Origin: Planctomycetota bacterium
Lineage (GTDB): Bacteria > Planctomycetota > Phycisphaerae > UBA1845
DNA length: 64,000 nt
Direction: 5' to 3'
NCBI GenBank assembly: GCA_038043285.1
Contig: JBBTCJ010000022.1
Location: forward strand, 15,539 to 79,538
Position 1 is the stretch's first letter. Each line of letters opens with the position of its first letter. Shown here in pieces: positions 1 to 9,590 of the stretch. The position numbers and the translations under genes are program-made. The notes below the pieces were generated by a model. The model searched no databases, had not been told where the DNA came from, and saw nothing but the letters and a program-made list of their open reading frames with translations.

Positions 1-480
1 TGGCTGTTCGACCTGCGCCCCGAACAAATCGAGGTGGTGATCCATCCGGAGTCGATCATTCATTCGATGGTCGAGTTCTGCGACGGTTCGATCATCGCCC
101 AGATGAGCGTGCCGGACATGCGCACGCCGATTCAATATGCGTTGACCTATCCGCATCGCCTGCCGTGTCCTTCCGCGGCGTTGGACTTTCAGGCCATGCG
201 ACGGCTTTCCTTCGAGATCCCGGACGCAGACCGCTTCCCGGCCGTCCGACTGGGGCACGAGGTCGCGCGACGCGGGGGAACATGCGGGGCGGTCTTTAAC
301 GCGGCCAACGAAGCCGCGGTCCGGTTGTTCCGCGACGGAGCCATCGGGTTCCTGGAGATTTCGCGCCACGTCGAACGAGTACTCCACGAACATGAGTTTC
401 ACGAAGCGCCCACCTTGGGGGGGCTGTGGGAGGCGGACGATTGGGCCAGGCAGGAGGTGTTGCGTTGCACAACGTGTTGA
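1..480 (+). CDS. dxr: 1-deoxy-D-xylulose-5-phosphate reductoisomerase, C-terminal part (5' end lies outside the window)
   Basis: The frame is open from nt 1. It contains 'HPESIIHSMVEFCDGSIIAQMSVPDMRTPIQYALTYPHRL', which is typical of the Dxr C-terminal domain. The dxr-rseP synteny is conserved. Confidence 0.9.
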   Translation, partial: WLFDLRPEQIEVVIHPESIIHSMVEFCDGSIIAQMSVPDMRTPIQYALTYPHRLPCPSAALDFQAMRRLSFEIPDADRFPAVRLGHEVARRGGTCGAVFNAANEAAVRLFRDGAIGFLEISRHVERVLHEHEFHEAPTLGGLWEADDWARQEVLRCTTC

Positions 481-485
481 CGGGA

Positions 486-2963
486 ATGGCAGGATCGGTT
501 CCGGCGGAACTTGCGGTCGGCGGGTTGTTCGGCCTCTGGGACACCGTGTGGCCGTATCTGATGATGCTCGCGGGATTCTCGCTGATCGTTTTTGTGCACG
601 AGCTGGGGCACTTCGCCATCGCCAAGTGGGCGGGCGTTCGCGTGGAGCGCTTCGCGGTCGGTTTCGGGCGTGAGCTGTTCGGCTTCACAAGGGGGGAAAC
701 GCGCTATTCGTTCAACGCCCTGCCGCTGGGCGGATACGTCAAGATGCTGGGGCAGGAGGACTTCGACGACAAGACCAACGAGCTTCGCTTCAAGGAGGAT
801 CCGCGCTCGTTCGCCAACAAGCCCGTGGGCCATCGCATGGCCATCGTCTCCGGCGGGGTCATCATGAACATCCTGTTCGCCATCCTGCTGTTCATGATCG
901 TGTTCATGGTGGGCATTCAATCCGAAGCCCCGCGCCTCGCGGAAATCGAACCGGACAGCCCCGCGGAGAAGGCGGGGCTTCAGCCCGGGGACATCGTTCG
1001 CAAGATCAACGGCGACCGGATTCTGGAGTTCAAGGAGGTTCGCTACGCGGTGATGCTCGCCGCGCCGCACGAACCGCTGGAGTTCATCGTCGAGCGCGAC
1101 GGGCGGCTCCTGCCTCCCTTTTACCTCACGCCCGAATACCAGGCCCCCGAGGGGCGGCACGACGTGCAACGCCAGATCGTCGGCATCAAGTCCGGCTTCA
1201 CCCGGAAGATCGTCATCCTCGGTCCGGAGATCGACGTCTCGCGCGAGGATCAACCCCACGTCGGTGACCTTCTCGTCGAGGTCGATGGGATGGCCGTCAC
1301 CAACGAGAACGCCAGCCAGGTCTTCAGCACCCTGACCTCCGCCAAGGGAGACATCTTCGTGGAGCGGAAGGATCCGAAAGACCCCGATGCCCCTCCGCGG
1401 CGAGTGCGCGTGGACATTCCGCCGGTGTTGTCGTTACAGCCCAGCGAACCGGGCGATCCGCGGACGGTCAGCGTTCTGGGGCTTACGCCGCTGGCGAAGT
1501 TCGCCGGCGTGGACGACCGAGGCCGGGCGTATTACGCGGGACTGCGCGTCGGCGACACGGTGCTCTCCTGGGACGACAAGACCTGCCCCAGCGCAGCCGA
1601 CATCGCCCTGTCGGTGATCGACAACGCCGAACGCGACATTCCCTTTTCGGCGCGCCGCGCCAACGGGGAAAGGTTCATGGGCTTTGTCCGCCCGCGAACC
1701 CACGAGCGCGGGCCGGCGACGATCCAGGCCGTCCAGCGCCCCATCGAGGGCGTGGCCGACGCGGACCGCGCCCCCCGGGCGCGGCTCGAATACGTCCGAC
1801 CGGGAGGGATTGCCGCGCGGGCGGGGATTGCCGCGGGCGACGTCATCGTCTCCGTGGAGGGCAAGGAGTTCCCCACCAGCGTCGAGGTCAACACGGCGCT
1901 GCGCAACGGCCTCGCCCACCCCGTGTCGATCACCGTTCGGAAGGCTGACGGTTCGGTCGCGCAGGCCGTTGTCGTGCCCCAGACGTCAGGCTCCATTGAT
2001 GCGAACTTCAGTTTGGTCGCTGACGACGTGCTGGTCGTCGGTGACGCGGTCGAGATGATCAACGGCCGGCGCAGCCCGGCCTCCGAGGCGGGGATTCCGT
2101 CGGGCGTGAGGATCACCTCGCTCAACGGTCAAGCCGTCACCAAGTGGCGAGAGTTGATCGACCGCTTCCGTGAATTCGCCGGAACCACCGTGCAGATGTC
2201 GTTCAAGGATCCGTCAGGCGCGTCGCGGACCGTTCCCTTCCGCGTTCCGGGTTCGCTTCACACGCTGCTGGGCGTCGGACCGGAGGCGCGGATTCTGACC
2301 ATCGACGGACGGGATTCCATCACCGTCACCGAAGGTGACCGCACCGCGACCCTGTCGCTGCTCTACCGCGAGGGGATCCGGGAAGTCCTCAAAACCCTCG
2401 TCGGCAGAAAGCAGGTTCCCGTCGAGTACCGGGCCAATTCGTTTGCCGAGAAAAAAACCGCCCACGTCGACGTCACCGAGGACATGGTTGATCCCTGGCT
2501 CACGCGGGTCGCGTTCCTGCCCAACGTGCAGCCGGGGGCCGAGACCGTCCTGCTGCGCGGGAAAAACGTGATCGACGCGATGTGGATCGGCCTGCACAAA
2601 ACCTACTATTTCATGTACCAGATTTACACCATCCTCGACCGCATGATCTTTACCCGCAGCATGGGCCTCGAGACCATGTCCGGACCGCTGGGGATTTTCG
2701 GCTTCGGCGGACAGGTCGCCCGCGCCGACTTTCTGCAGTTCATCTTCTTTCTGGCGATGATTTCCGCGAATCTCGCGGTCATCAACTTCCTGCCCCTGCC
2801 GATCGTGGACGGCGGGTTGATGGTCTTCCTGATCATCGAGAAGATCAAGGGAAGCCCCGTCAGCCTCCGCGTGCAAATCGCCACCCAGACCATTGGACTG
2901 GTCCTCATCGTCAGCACCTTCGTGTTCGTGACCTATCAAGACGCCCTGCGGCTGTTCGGCTGA
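486..2963 (+). CDS. rseP: RseP-type site-2 zinc metalloprotease (M50) with an expanded PDZ region
   Basis: It has the HELGHF (HExxH) motif in TM1 and a C-terminal 'NLAVINFLPLPIVDGG' motif. The long central region contains several PDZ-like segments (e.g. 'PAEKAGLQPGDIV', 'GLRVGDTVLS', 'AARAGIAAGDVIVSVEG', 'ASEAGIPSGVRITSLNG'). I chose the ATG at 486, 5 nt after the dxr stop, over the upstream TTG at 426. Confidence 0.9.
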   Translation: MAGSVPAELAVGGLFGLWDTVWPYLMMLAGFSLIVFVHELGHFAIAKWAGVRVERFAVGFGRELFGFTRGETRYSFNALPLGGYVKMLGQEDFDDKTNELRFKEDPRSFANKPVGHRMAIVSGGVIMNILFAILLFMIVFMVGIQSEAPRLAEIEPDSPAEKAGLQPGDIVRKINGDRILEFKEVRYAVMLAAPHEPLEFIVERDGRLLPPFYLTPEYQAPEGRHDVQRQIVGIKSGFTRKIVILGPEIDVSREDQPHVGDLLVEVDGMAVTNENASQVFSTLTSAKGDIFVERKDPKDPDAPPRRVRVDIPPVLSLQPSEPGDPRTVSVLGLTPLAKFAGVDDRGRAYYAGLRVGDTVLSWDDKTCPSAADIALSVIDNAERDIPFSARRANGERFMGFVRPRTHERGPATIQAVQRPIEGVADADRAPRARLEYVRPGGIAARAGIAAGDVIVSVEGKEFPTSVEVNTALRNGLAHPVSITVRKADGSVAQAVVVPQTSGSIDANFSLVADDVLVVGDAVEMINGRRSPASEAGIPSGVRITSLNGQAVTKWRELIDRFREFAGTTVQMSFKDPSGASRTVPFRVPGSLHTLLGVGPEARILTIDGRDSITVTEGDRTATLSLLYREGIREVLKTLVGRKQVPVEYRANSFAEKKTAHVDVTEDMVDPWLTRVAFLPNVQPGAETVLLRGKNVIDAMWIGLHKTYYFMYQIYTILDRMIFTRSMGLETMSGPLGIFGFGGQVARADFLQFIFFLAMISANLAVINFLPLPIVDGGLMVFLIIEKIKGSPVSLRVQIATQTIGLVLIVSTFVFVTYQDALRLFG

Positions 2964-2973
2964 CGGGAGCGAC

Positions 2974-3699
2974 ATGATCTCCTTCGTCGTCCCCGCGCAC
3001 AATGAAGAAGCGCTGCTTGCGCGCACGCTGCGAAGCATTCAAGACCCCGCCCGGCGCGTCGAGATCCCCTTCGAGCTGATCGTCGTGGACGACAACTCCA
3101 CCGATCGCACCTCCGAAATCGCGCTGCAGGCCGGTGCGCGCGTGGTAAGCGTATCCCTGCGGAAGATCTCCGCCGTCCGCAACGCCGGGGCGACGTCCGC
3201 GGCGGGAGATGTGCTCATCTTTGTCGATGCCGACACGGTTCTTCCGGAAAAGACGCTCCGCTCGGCGCTGACGGCGCTGCGGCGCGGAGCCGTTGGCGGG
3301 GGGGCCGTGGTTCGCTTCGACGAAACCTTGCCTCTTTGGTCGCGTGGAATGCTCTTCTCGTGGAACCTCACCTCGAGAATCCTGCGCTGGGCCGCCGGGT
3401 GCTTCATTTTTGTCCGCAAGGAGGCCTTCGAAGCCGCCGGCGGATTCGACGAGCGATACTTCGCGGGCGAAGAAATCGTGCTCAGCGAAGCCATGAAACG
3501 CCGCGGGCGGTTCGTCATCCTCGGCGATTCCGTCCTCACTTCCGGTCGCAAACCCAAGCTCTACGGGTTCCGCGAGACCGTTCGCATTCTGGGCGGGCTT
3601 GCCCTGCGTGGATCAAACGCCTGGCAACGCCGGGACGGGCTCGACCTCTGGTACAACCGCCGAGCCTCTCCCCAGTCCCCAGGGGAGAAGGCCGAATGA
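2974..3699 (+). CDS. Family 2 glycosyltransferase
   Basis: The N-terminus 'ISFVVPAHNEEALLARTL...LIVVDDNSTDRT...FVDADT' is a GT2 signature (DxD). Confidence 0.85.
   Translation: MISFVVPAHNEEALLARTLRSIQDPARRVEIPFELIVVDDNSTDRTSEIALQAGARVVSVSLRKISAVRNAGATSAAGDVLIFVDADTVLPEKTLRSALTALRRGAVGGGAVVRFDETLPLWSRGMLFSWNLTSRILRWAAGCFIFVRKEAFEAAGGFDERYFAGEEIVLSEAMKRRGRFVILGDSVLTSGRKPKLYGFRETVRILGGLALRGSNAWQRRDGLDLWYNRRASPQSPGEKAE
3664..3692. repeat. GC-rich palindromic element (CCTCTCCCC...GGGGAGAAGG) overlapping the GT2 3' end and stop
   Basis: The inverted repeat is gcctctcccc/ggggagaaggc. It belongs to the same family as the copies at 4367-4458, 21589-21630 and 39375-39403. Confidence 0.6.
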
Positions 3700-3983
3700 G
3701 GCGACCGTTTGTGCCACGGCCCTTGAGCAGCCGGAGCTTCTCGCAGGTCAGGTGCTCGCACCTGCCTTGACTATCCTCGCGCCGGGGTGCCGGTGCCCCA
3801 TCCTCGCGCAGCGAGCGTGGCGGACGCCTTCCATCGGCAATTGCCAACCGTCAATCCGCCTGGATGCGTCGTATCGTATGCTTCAGGATTGAACCGCGCC
3901 GGCTGTGGGCCGAGCGGCGAAACGCCTGGCCATCGCCCGATAATCGAATCGTTCCTCGGCGATCGCCGACCGGGAGGAAGATC

Positions 3984-4352
3984 ATGGAAGCCGTGGACAT
4001 CTGCCCGCTGACCAAGGAAGCCATTGAAAATCTGATCGCGTCGCGCGGGGCTTGTACGTCAGCCAACGTCAAGCCCTGTCGCCGCCGCACCGAACGCTGG
4101 GCCTTCCCCGGCACCGTCGAGCTGTGGCTGCCCGATGGAAACGGTCGGGAGTGCTACGCGCTGGCCACGTCCATCAATCTCAGCACCCGCGGCATCGGCA
4201 TTCGCGCGGACGAAGCGCTGACGCCGGGAGTGCAACTGGGCATCGCCGTCCATGAGCCGGAGGCCAGTTTCCACGGTCGGGCGGTCGTACGGCACTGCAC
4301 CGACACCGGACAGGGATACCACATCGTCGGATTGGAGTTTCTCTTCGGCTAG
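3984..4352 (+). CDS. PilZ-domain protein (putative c-di-GMP receptor)
   Basis: It carries 'CRRRTERW' (RxxxR) and 'NLSTRGIGI' (D/NxSxxG) motifs. The ATG at 3984 is preceded by a gggaggaag SD. Confidence 0.75.
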   Translation: MEAVDICPLTKEAIENLIASRGACTSANVKPCRRRTERWAFPGTVELWLPDGNGRECYALATSINLSTRGIGIRADEALTPGVQLGIAVHEPEASFHGRAVVRHCTDTGQGYHIVGLEFLFG

Positions 4353-4366
4353 GTTCGGTCTTTAAA

Positions 4367-4458
4367 CCCCCTCTCCCTGGCAGGAAGAGGGGAAGGGGTA
4401 AGGGTCGAATAGGCGTGAATCACGCTACGTCGGACCTCTCCACTCGAGGGGAGAGGGA
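4367..4458. terminator. Two tandem GC-rich hairpins between convergent genes (putative bidirectional terminator or REP-like elements)
   Basis: The hairpins are cccctctccctg/caggaagagggg at 4367-4392 and cctctcc/ggagagg at 4433-4458. They lie between the PilZ stop (4352) and the FG-GAP gene stop (4502). Confidence 0.5.
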
Positions 4459-4501
4459 ACCTCAAACACGGTGCCGGCGTCGCAGCCGACCGCGTGGCCG
4501 G

Positions 4502-6046
4502 TCAACGGAGTCGATTGCGGAACCAGACCAGTGCATCGTTGGTCAATCCGCTCAGTCCGCTGCGGTCGAAGGTGGCGATCACGTCATTGGCTCCATCCGC
4601 GTCCAGGTCGACCACCAGCAGCGCATTGACTTGAGTGCCTCCCGAAACTTCGGATGGAGAAACGCTGGGATCCGTCGTGGACGGACTTGGGCCGGGACGT
4701 CCGGGGGCGTCGTCGTCAATCACCAAAGCCGTGCCCCACTGGTCGTACAGGCTGGACGCGCCGTCCGCGTTCAAGAGTACCACGGCCCCGCCCGCGGAGG
4801 CGATGATGTCGACCTGTCCGTCGAGCGTCACGTCGCCCAATGCGATGGCCCTGGGGAATCGTCCGGTGAACTCGGCGATGGTGTAGACGCGCCACGGAAG
4901 GTTCGGCAGCGGCGCCGTGGTGGCTTCCGGCCCCGGACCCTTGAACCACTGAAGCAGCCCGCCGGTGGTCGATCGGATCAACACGTCCGCCGCTCCGTCG
5001 GCGTCGATATCCGCGACGCGGGCGACGTCCGCTTGGGTGGCCAATTGTCCCACCGCGCCCACCTGCCAGTCGCTGCTGGTGAAGTGAAAATCATCCGGGA
5101 CGTCGATCGTGGGGTTCCGGAACCATCGGATATTCATGCTTCCGGCGGCCGGAAACGTCGCCACGATATCCAGATCCCCGTCGGCGTCGATGTCCCCCAG
5201 GGCGACGTCCTTGACCGAGGTTCCGCTGGGGATCGGATTGGGAACCACGCTCACCTCCCAGCTTCGATCGCGGACCGCCGCGAACCCGCCGTTGGTGAAC
5301 TGCAAGACGGTCGCGGAGGCTTCGTCCTCAGCGCAGCCCGAGTTCCAGGCCACTACGAGGTCGGTGTCCCCGTCGCCGTCGGCGTCGCCGGCCGTCATGC
5401 CAGTGAATCCTCCCAGTTCCGGATCCCCGGCGCTTCCCGCGCCCGCGAGGCGCGAGGCCTCGATCGGCGCTTCCACCCATGCCAGCGCCTGAGCAACCTG
5501 GCCACCATCCGCAGGTCCGAGGTATACCAGAATCAAGCCCGCGAGTTCGACGGAGTCCGGCACGTCGCTGTCCAGGCAGGTCGCCCCGGCTTCCATGGTG
5601 TCTTTCAGTAACACCGCGATGTCCGGCGCGCCGTCCTGATCGAAGTCAGCGATGGTCAGCCCGGCCACGGACACCACCGGGATGTTTCCCGCCAGGGTGA
5701 CGGTTTCAAACGAAATGTTGCCGATCGTATCTCGGCGCTGCAGATGAATCTGTACCGGCTGCGACTGGTTCCATGCCGACACCAGGTCGATGAAGCCGTC
5801 GCTGTCGAGATCCGCGGCGGCGACGAACTGCGGACCGGCGGAGTCTTCGCTTTGGGGATCGACCTGGATGGCGGTGAAAAAGCTCAGCGTTCGTCCGGTT
5901 CCCAGGAAGTCGTCGGAATTGCCGCTCGGGGCGACGGAAGCCCCGTAGTTCCCCCGACATCCGATGAACAAGCCGATCGCGGAGACCGCGACGATCGCGG
6001 AACCCAGACCCCACCAACCCCACGCGTTGTGCTTGCGAACCATCAT
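4502..6046 (-). CDS. Secreted or membrane-anchored FG-GAP/VCBS-repeat (integrin-alpha-like beta-propeller) protein
   Basis: There are about seven repeats of 'DxDxDGxxDhh' (DLDSDGFIDLV, DFDQDGAPDIAV, GDADGDGDTDLVV, DIDADGDLDIV, DIDADGAADVL, VTLDGQVDII, DLDADGANDVI). The start was moved to the ATGATG at 6046, which gives a hydrophobic N-terminus 'WGWWGLGSAIVAVSAIGLFIGC'. Confidence 0.8.
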   Translation of the reverse strand: MMVRKHNAWGWWGLGSAIVAVSAIGLFIGCRGNYGASVAPSGNSDDFLGTGRTLSFFTAIQVDPQSEDSAGPQFVAAADLDSDGFIDLVSAWNQSQPVQIHLQRRDTIGNISFETVTLAGNIPVVSVAGLTIADFDQDGAPDIAVLLKDTMEAGATCLDSDVPDSVELAGLILVYLGPADGGQVAQALAWVEAPIEASRLAGAGSAGDPELGGFTGMTAGDADGDGDTDLVVAWNSGCAEDEASATVLQFTNGGFAAVRDRSWEVSVVPNPIPSGTSVKDVALGDIDADGDLDIVATFPAAGSMNIRWFRNPTIDVPDDFHFTSSDWQVGAVGQLATQADVARVADIDADGAADVLIRSTTGGLLQWFKGPGPEATTAPLPNLPWRVYTIAEFTGRFPRAIALGDVTLDGQVDIIASAGGAVVLLNADGASSLYDQWGTALVIDDDAPGRPGPSPSTTDPSVSPSEVSGGTQVNALLVVDLDADGANDVIATFDRSGLSGLTNDALVWFRNRLR

Positions 6047-6234
6047 GACGTTCCCTTTTGCTTGGAGAGGATTCGCCTCACCCTCGGCAGGCCGAAGGAC
6101 CGGCGCCCCCGAAACGCTGGACCGCGAACGACGCGCACGTCGCCCACGTCGCGCTATGGGGTATCGGCGCGGCGTCGTTTCCCCTTTTGGTATCGCCCCG
6201 GGTTTGGAAGCCTGTCCGATAACGTCGGTTGGGA

Positions 6235-7848
6235 TTACTTGACCAGCACGGCGAGCATGGTGATGTCGTCGCTCTGCTCGGCGCCGGCGGCGAACTCGGT
6301 CACCTTGCGGCGAACGTGTTTGACCAGCGCGGATGGAGTCAGTTCGGCGCCCTCGCGCAACGAGGCCTCCAACTGGGCCATGCCGAAGGGTTCCTGTTCG
6401 GGATTCATGGCCTCGATCACCCCGTCGGTGTAACAAAACAGCGTCGTCGGCGCCGACCCCAGCTCGATGGTCGCGGACAGGTATTCACCGTCCGCGGTTA
6501 CTCCGAGCGGGAAACCCGGTTCGGCGTGGTCCGGCGTCGCCGAAATGGTCTTACCCCGCAGGAACATGGGGCACCAGTGACCCGCATTGGCCAGGCAAAC
6601 GGTGCGCTGCGCCGGGTCGATGAGGGCGGCCAGGCAGGTGATGAACTTGGACTGGGCCGCGTTGCGGCTGACCAGACGGTTCCACCGGCGCATCAGGTCG
6701 CCGGGATCGTCGCAGTCGACGATGGTGACCCGGACCGCGGCCTGCAAGTTGGCCATCAGCAGGGCGGCGGCTACGCCCTCGCCGGACACGTCGGCGATGA
6801 TAATCCAGAACTTTCCGTCGGGGCGCTCGATGACGTCATAGTAGTCGCCGCTGACGCGCCGACCCGGATCGTTGAGGGCCGCAATGACGACACGGTCATT
6901 CTCCGGAAGATCATTGGGAAAGAGACTGTTCTGAATGCCCCGGGCCACGTCGAGGTCCTGGTTGAGCCGGGCAAGTTCCCGCTGCTCGTCGAGCAATCGA
7001 CCGTTGACCAGTCCGATGCTGATTTGGCGTCCGATCGCCGCCAGAAAGTCGATGTCCTCGTCGGAGTACTTTGTCGACGTGCTGGTCCGGTCTCCATAGA
7101 TGACGCCGAGGATTTCCTCGCTGTGGATCAGCGGAACGCACATCGCGGAGCGGATGCCGTGCTGCACCATGCTCACCGTCGGATCGATCTTGCCGCCCCC
7201 GTCGTCGCTGTAGATGGCCCGTTCACCGTGCTCCATCGCCCGACTGAGCAGGCTTCGGCTGATGGTCAGCTCGCCCTCGGCGCCGCGAAGGTTGCGGACG
7301 ACAGGCCAATCCACGGCCCGCTTCCCTTTCCGCCGAATGCCGATCGCGCCGCGCTCGAAGTGCAGCATCTCGAAGCAGATGTCCATGGCTTCTTCCAGCA
7401 GTTTCGGCTGATCCTGCAACGTCGTGAGTCGTTCCGAAAGCTCGTAGATGGTTTCCAGCCGTCGTTGCGAAAGGGCCAGCCGCCGATCGCGCGGGACGTA
7501 GTTTGTCGCGTGACCCGTCGGGGGCTCGTCTGCGACGATGACCGAGGTCGCCGACGCCCGATGGGCGGACCGGAAGACGCCAACCGCTGCTCCCACCGTA
7601 ATTCGATCACCGTCCCTGAGCACGGTGTGGGCGGCCGGCGTGTCGTTGACCAGCGTGCCGTTGCGGCTGCCGAGATCCTCCACGACGTACCCGCGCTCCG
7701 TCGGCGTGATGCGCGCGTGACGGCGCGAGGTGCTTGGGTCGTCGATGGGAACCTCGCATGTGGCGTCGCGGCCCAGTACGACCGGACCGGGCTTGAGCCG
7801 GTGGTGGGCCGTCCGACCGTCTGGAAGGGTGATGTAAAGTTCAGCCAT
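6235..7848 (-). CDS. FHA-GAF-PP2C(SpoIIE) serine phosphatase
   Basis: The N-terminal FHA domain is 'VVLGRDATCEVPIDDPSTSRRHARI...GSRNGTLVN'. A central GAF-like region follows. The C-terminus has 'SGDYYDV...IADVSGEGVAAALLMA...DDITMLAV', typical of PP2C/SpoIIE. Confidence 0.9.
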   Translation of the reverse strand: MAELYITLPDGRTAHHRLKPGPVVLGRDATCEVPIDDPSTSRRHARITPTERGYVVEDLGSRNGTLVNDTPAAHTVLRDGDRITVGAAVGVFRSAHRASATSVIVADEPPTGHATNYVPRDRRLALSQRRLETIYELSERLTTLQDQPKLLEEAMDICFEMLHFERGAIGIRRKGKRAVDWPVVRNLRGAEGELTISRSLLSRAMEHGERAIYSDDGGGKIDPTVSMVQHGIRSAMCVPLIHSEEILGVIYGDRTSTSTKYSDEDIDFLAAIGRQISIGLVNGRLLDEQRELARLNQDLDVARGIQNSLFPNDLPENDRVVIAALNDPGRRVSGDYYDVIERPDGKFWIIIADVSGEGVAAALLMANLQAAVRVTIVDCDDPGDLMRRWNRLVSRNAAQSKFITCLAALIDPAQRTVCLANAGHWCPMFLRGKTISATPDHAEPGFPLGVTADGEYLSATIELGSAPTTLFCYTDGVIEAMNPEQEPFGMAQLEASLREGAELTPSALVKHVRRKVTEFAAGAEQSDDITMLAVLVK

Positions 7849-7991
7849 GCGCGGTCATTCCCGACGCCGCGGGACGCCCTCGAATCGTCCCCTGCGGCAC
7901 CGCTCCCAGTATACCGCGAACACCCGGTCGCGGACAGGAAACGGTGGTTGGACGGCAAGGTTGCAGCACCCGAAAACCACCTACAAAGCCC

Positions 7992-8747
7992 TTACGCTCG
8001 CCGCGTCCATTCTATTCCGGCGTACTTCGCGGTAAGCTGCCCGGCGAGTTCCAGCTCTCGGGCGGACCAGCTCCCCGGCTCTAGGTCGATGCCCGCGACG
8101 CGAGCCAACGCGTCGGGAAGCGACTGTTGCACGGTGTCCAGAGCGGTCGAAGCATCGGTCGCCGTCGCGGCGGTCGCCTGCTGAGCGAAACGATTCCCGA
8201 TGATGATCGAGCCGTGCTGAAGAATACCGTGCGGCGTGCGGCGTTGAGCGCTGCCGGCGATTTTTCCGCCGGCCGCAAGCAGGTCGTACCGATGCCTGCG
8301 TTCAAAGCAGAAGAACGGACCGCGGGCGGCGCCGGAGTCATCACCGCAGCCTGACGCGCTGGCGACAACTCCGAGCACATCCAGAACATCGAGGACGCCT
8401 GCGTGGACCATTTCGTACAGCTGACTGGGGCCTCGCGCGGTCACCAGCGGATGCGTCGCCGGCAGCGCAAGGGAATAGGTCACTTCGAGATCGTGCAGGA
8501 TCGCCCCGCCCCCCGTCTGGCGACGGACGACGGGCAGATTCCCCGCCGGCGGCGGAAGGCGCTCGTAGTCGGCGTAATGCTGAAAATAACCCAGCGAGAT
8601 CGTCGGAGTTGCCCAGCGATAAAGCCGGAATGTCGGCGGCGACGCCCCCTCCCCGACGCAAACGAGCAATGCTTCGTCGCGGGCCATGTTCGTCGGCCCG
8701 GAAAGCGGAGCATCGTGCAGGACTCGGATTCCCGAAGAACAGCTCAC
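7992..8747 (-). CDS. Lipoate-protein ligase / octanoyltransferase family protein (BPL/LPL catalytic domain)
   Basis: Motifs are 'NMARDEALL', 'LYRWATPTISLGYFQ', 'RRQTGGGAILHD.EVTYSL' and 'GKIAGSAQRR'. Confidence 0.85.
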   Translation of the reverse strand: MSCSSGIRVLHDAPLSGPTNMARDEALLVCVGEGASPPTFRLYRWATPTISLGYFQHYADYERLPPPAGNLPVVRRQTGGGAILHDLEVTYSLALPATHPLVTARGPSQLYEMVHAGVLDVLDVLGVVASASGCGDDSGAARGPFFCFERRHRYDLLAAGGKIAGSAQRRTPHGILQHGSIIIGNRFAQQATAATATDASTALDTVQQSLPDALARVAGIDLEPGSWSARELELAGQLTAKYAGIEWTRRA

Positions 8748-8849
8748 CGCAAAGTTCTACTCGAAGCGGCGAACTCGGCGAAGCGCCGGCCTGCGACGCC
8801 CGGCGCAAAGGATGAATCCGGTAACGCTCGTCAGCGGCGTAGGGACGAG

Positions 8850-9140
8850 TTATCTGCCTAAGTTATCGTGGTTCCAGCACCCCGTGCCCCAATCCACGAC
8901 CAGCGCGACTACCCCTGGGACCACTCCGGCCAACAACCACGCACAGTCGGCCGCGACCCACGGGCAGACCCCGTTTGCCCCGTCGCACTTCTCGGTCCGG
9001 CGGGCGTGCAGACCGGACGCATCGGTCTTGTGGGCCAGCGTCGCACAGCCGGAAAGACCCGGCATCGCGGCGGCAACGACCAGTGGGATGCATCGAACCG
9101 AGTTCCAAAACGACGAATCCGGCACGGAGTTCCCCTCCAT
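8850..9140 (-). CDS. Small lipoprotein, function unknown
   Basis: An AAGGAGG SD lies 8 nt upstream of the ATG. The signal peptide ends in the lipobox 'MPGLSGC'. The mature part contains 4 further Cys. Confidence 0.55.
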   Translation of the reverse strand: MEGNSVPDSSFWNSVRCIPLVVAAAMPGLSGCATLAHKTDASGLHARRTEKCDGANGVCPWVAADCAWLLAGVVPGVVALVVDWGTGCWNHDNLGR

Positions 9141-9215
9141 CTTTAATCCTCCTTGATTCTTCGATTCTCGGCGATGGTTTTCCGCAAGCTGGTCGCGCCA
9201 CTGCGCCGCGTATGG

Positions 9216-9455
9216 CTATTTCTTGTTGGGTTCCACCACCGGTTCGCCCGGAGCGACCATCTCGCCGGGGGAAACCATGTGCGGCTGCGACTCGTCCTGC
9301 GGCTCTTCCGCCGGTTGCGCCCTTTGCTCCCCATGCGGATCATTGTTGTAATCGTAGGTCCGAACCGATTTGTGCGAGGAGGTTGCGCATCCCGCCAACG
9401 CGGCCATCGACGCGGCCGCACCCAAGACTTCCAAAGCCCATTTCATCCGACGCAT
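9216..9455 (-). CDS. Small acidic, Pro-rich lipoprotein
   Basis: The ATG at 9455 has an aaggaaa SD. The N-terminus 'MRRMKWALEVLGAAASMAALAGC' contains a lipobox. Confidence 0.55.
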   Translation of the reverse strand: MRRMKWALEVLGAAASMAALAGCATSSHKSVRTYDYNNDPHGEQRAQPAEEPQDESQPHMVSPGEMVAPGEPVVEPNKK

Positions 9456-9486
9456 GTTATTTTCCTTGTGATCGAACTTGGTGATC

Positions 9487-9521
9487 CGAAAAAACACTGG
9501 ACCGGGTTTGACCCGGTCCAG
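9487..9521 (-). terminator. Rho-independent terminator after the LPP20-like gene
   Basis: The minus strand reads ctggaccggg-tcaaa-cccggtccag followed by TGTTTTTTCGG. Confidence 0.7.
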
Positions 9522-9590
9522 GCTGCGGCGTTTCTCAAGGTTCCCTGTAAAGCGCCGGGCGGCCGTCCCGCCGCGTTCTTGGACGGCGCC

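Noticed and set aside
6229-8184. 651-aa ORF on the plus strand
   Set aside because: It lies antisense to the FHA-GAF-PP2C and lipoate-ligase genes and has low-complexity Arg/Gly/Val composition. It is a shadow ORF.
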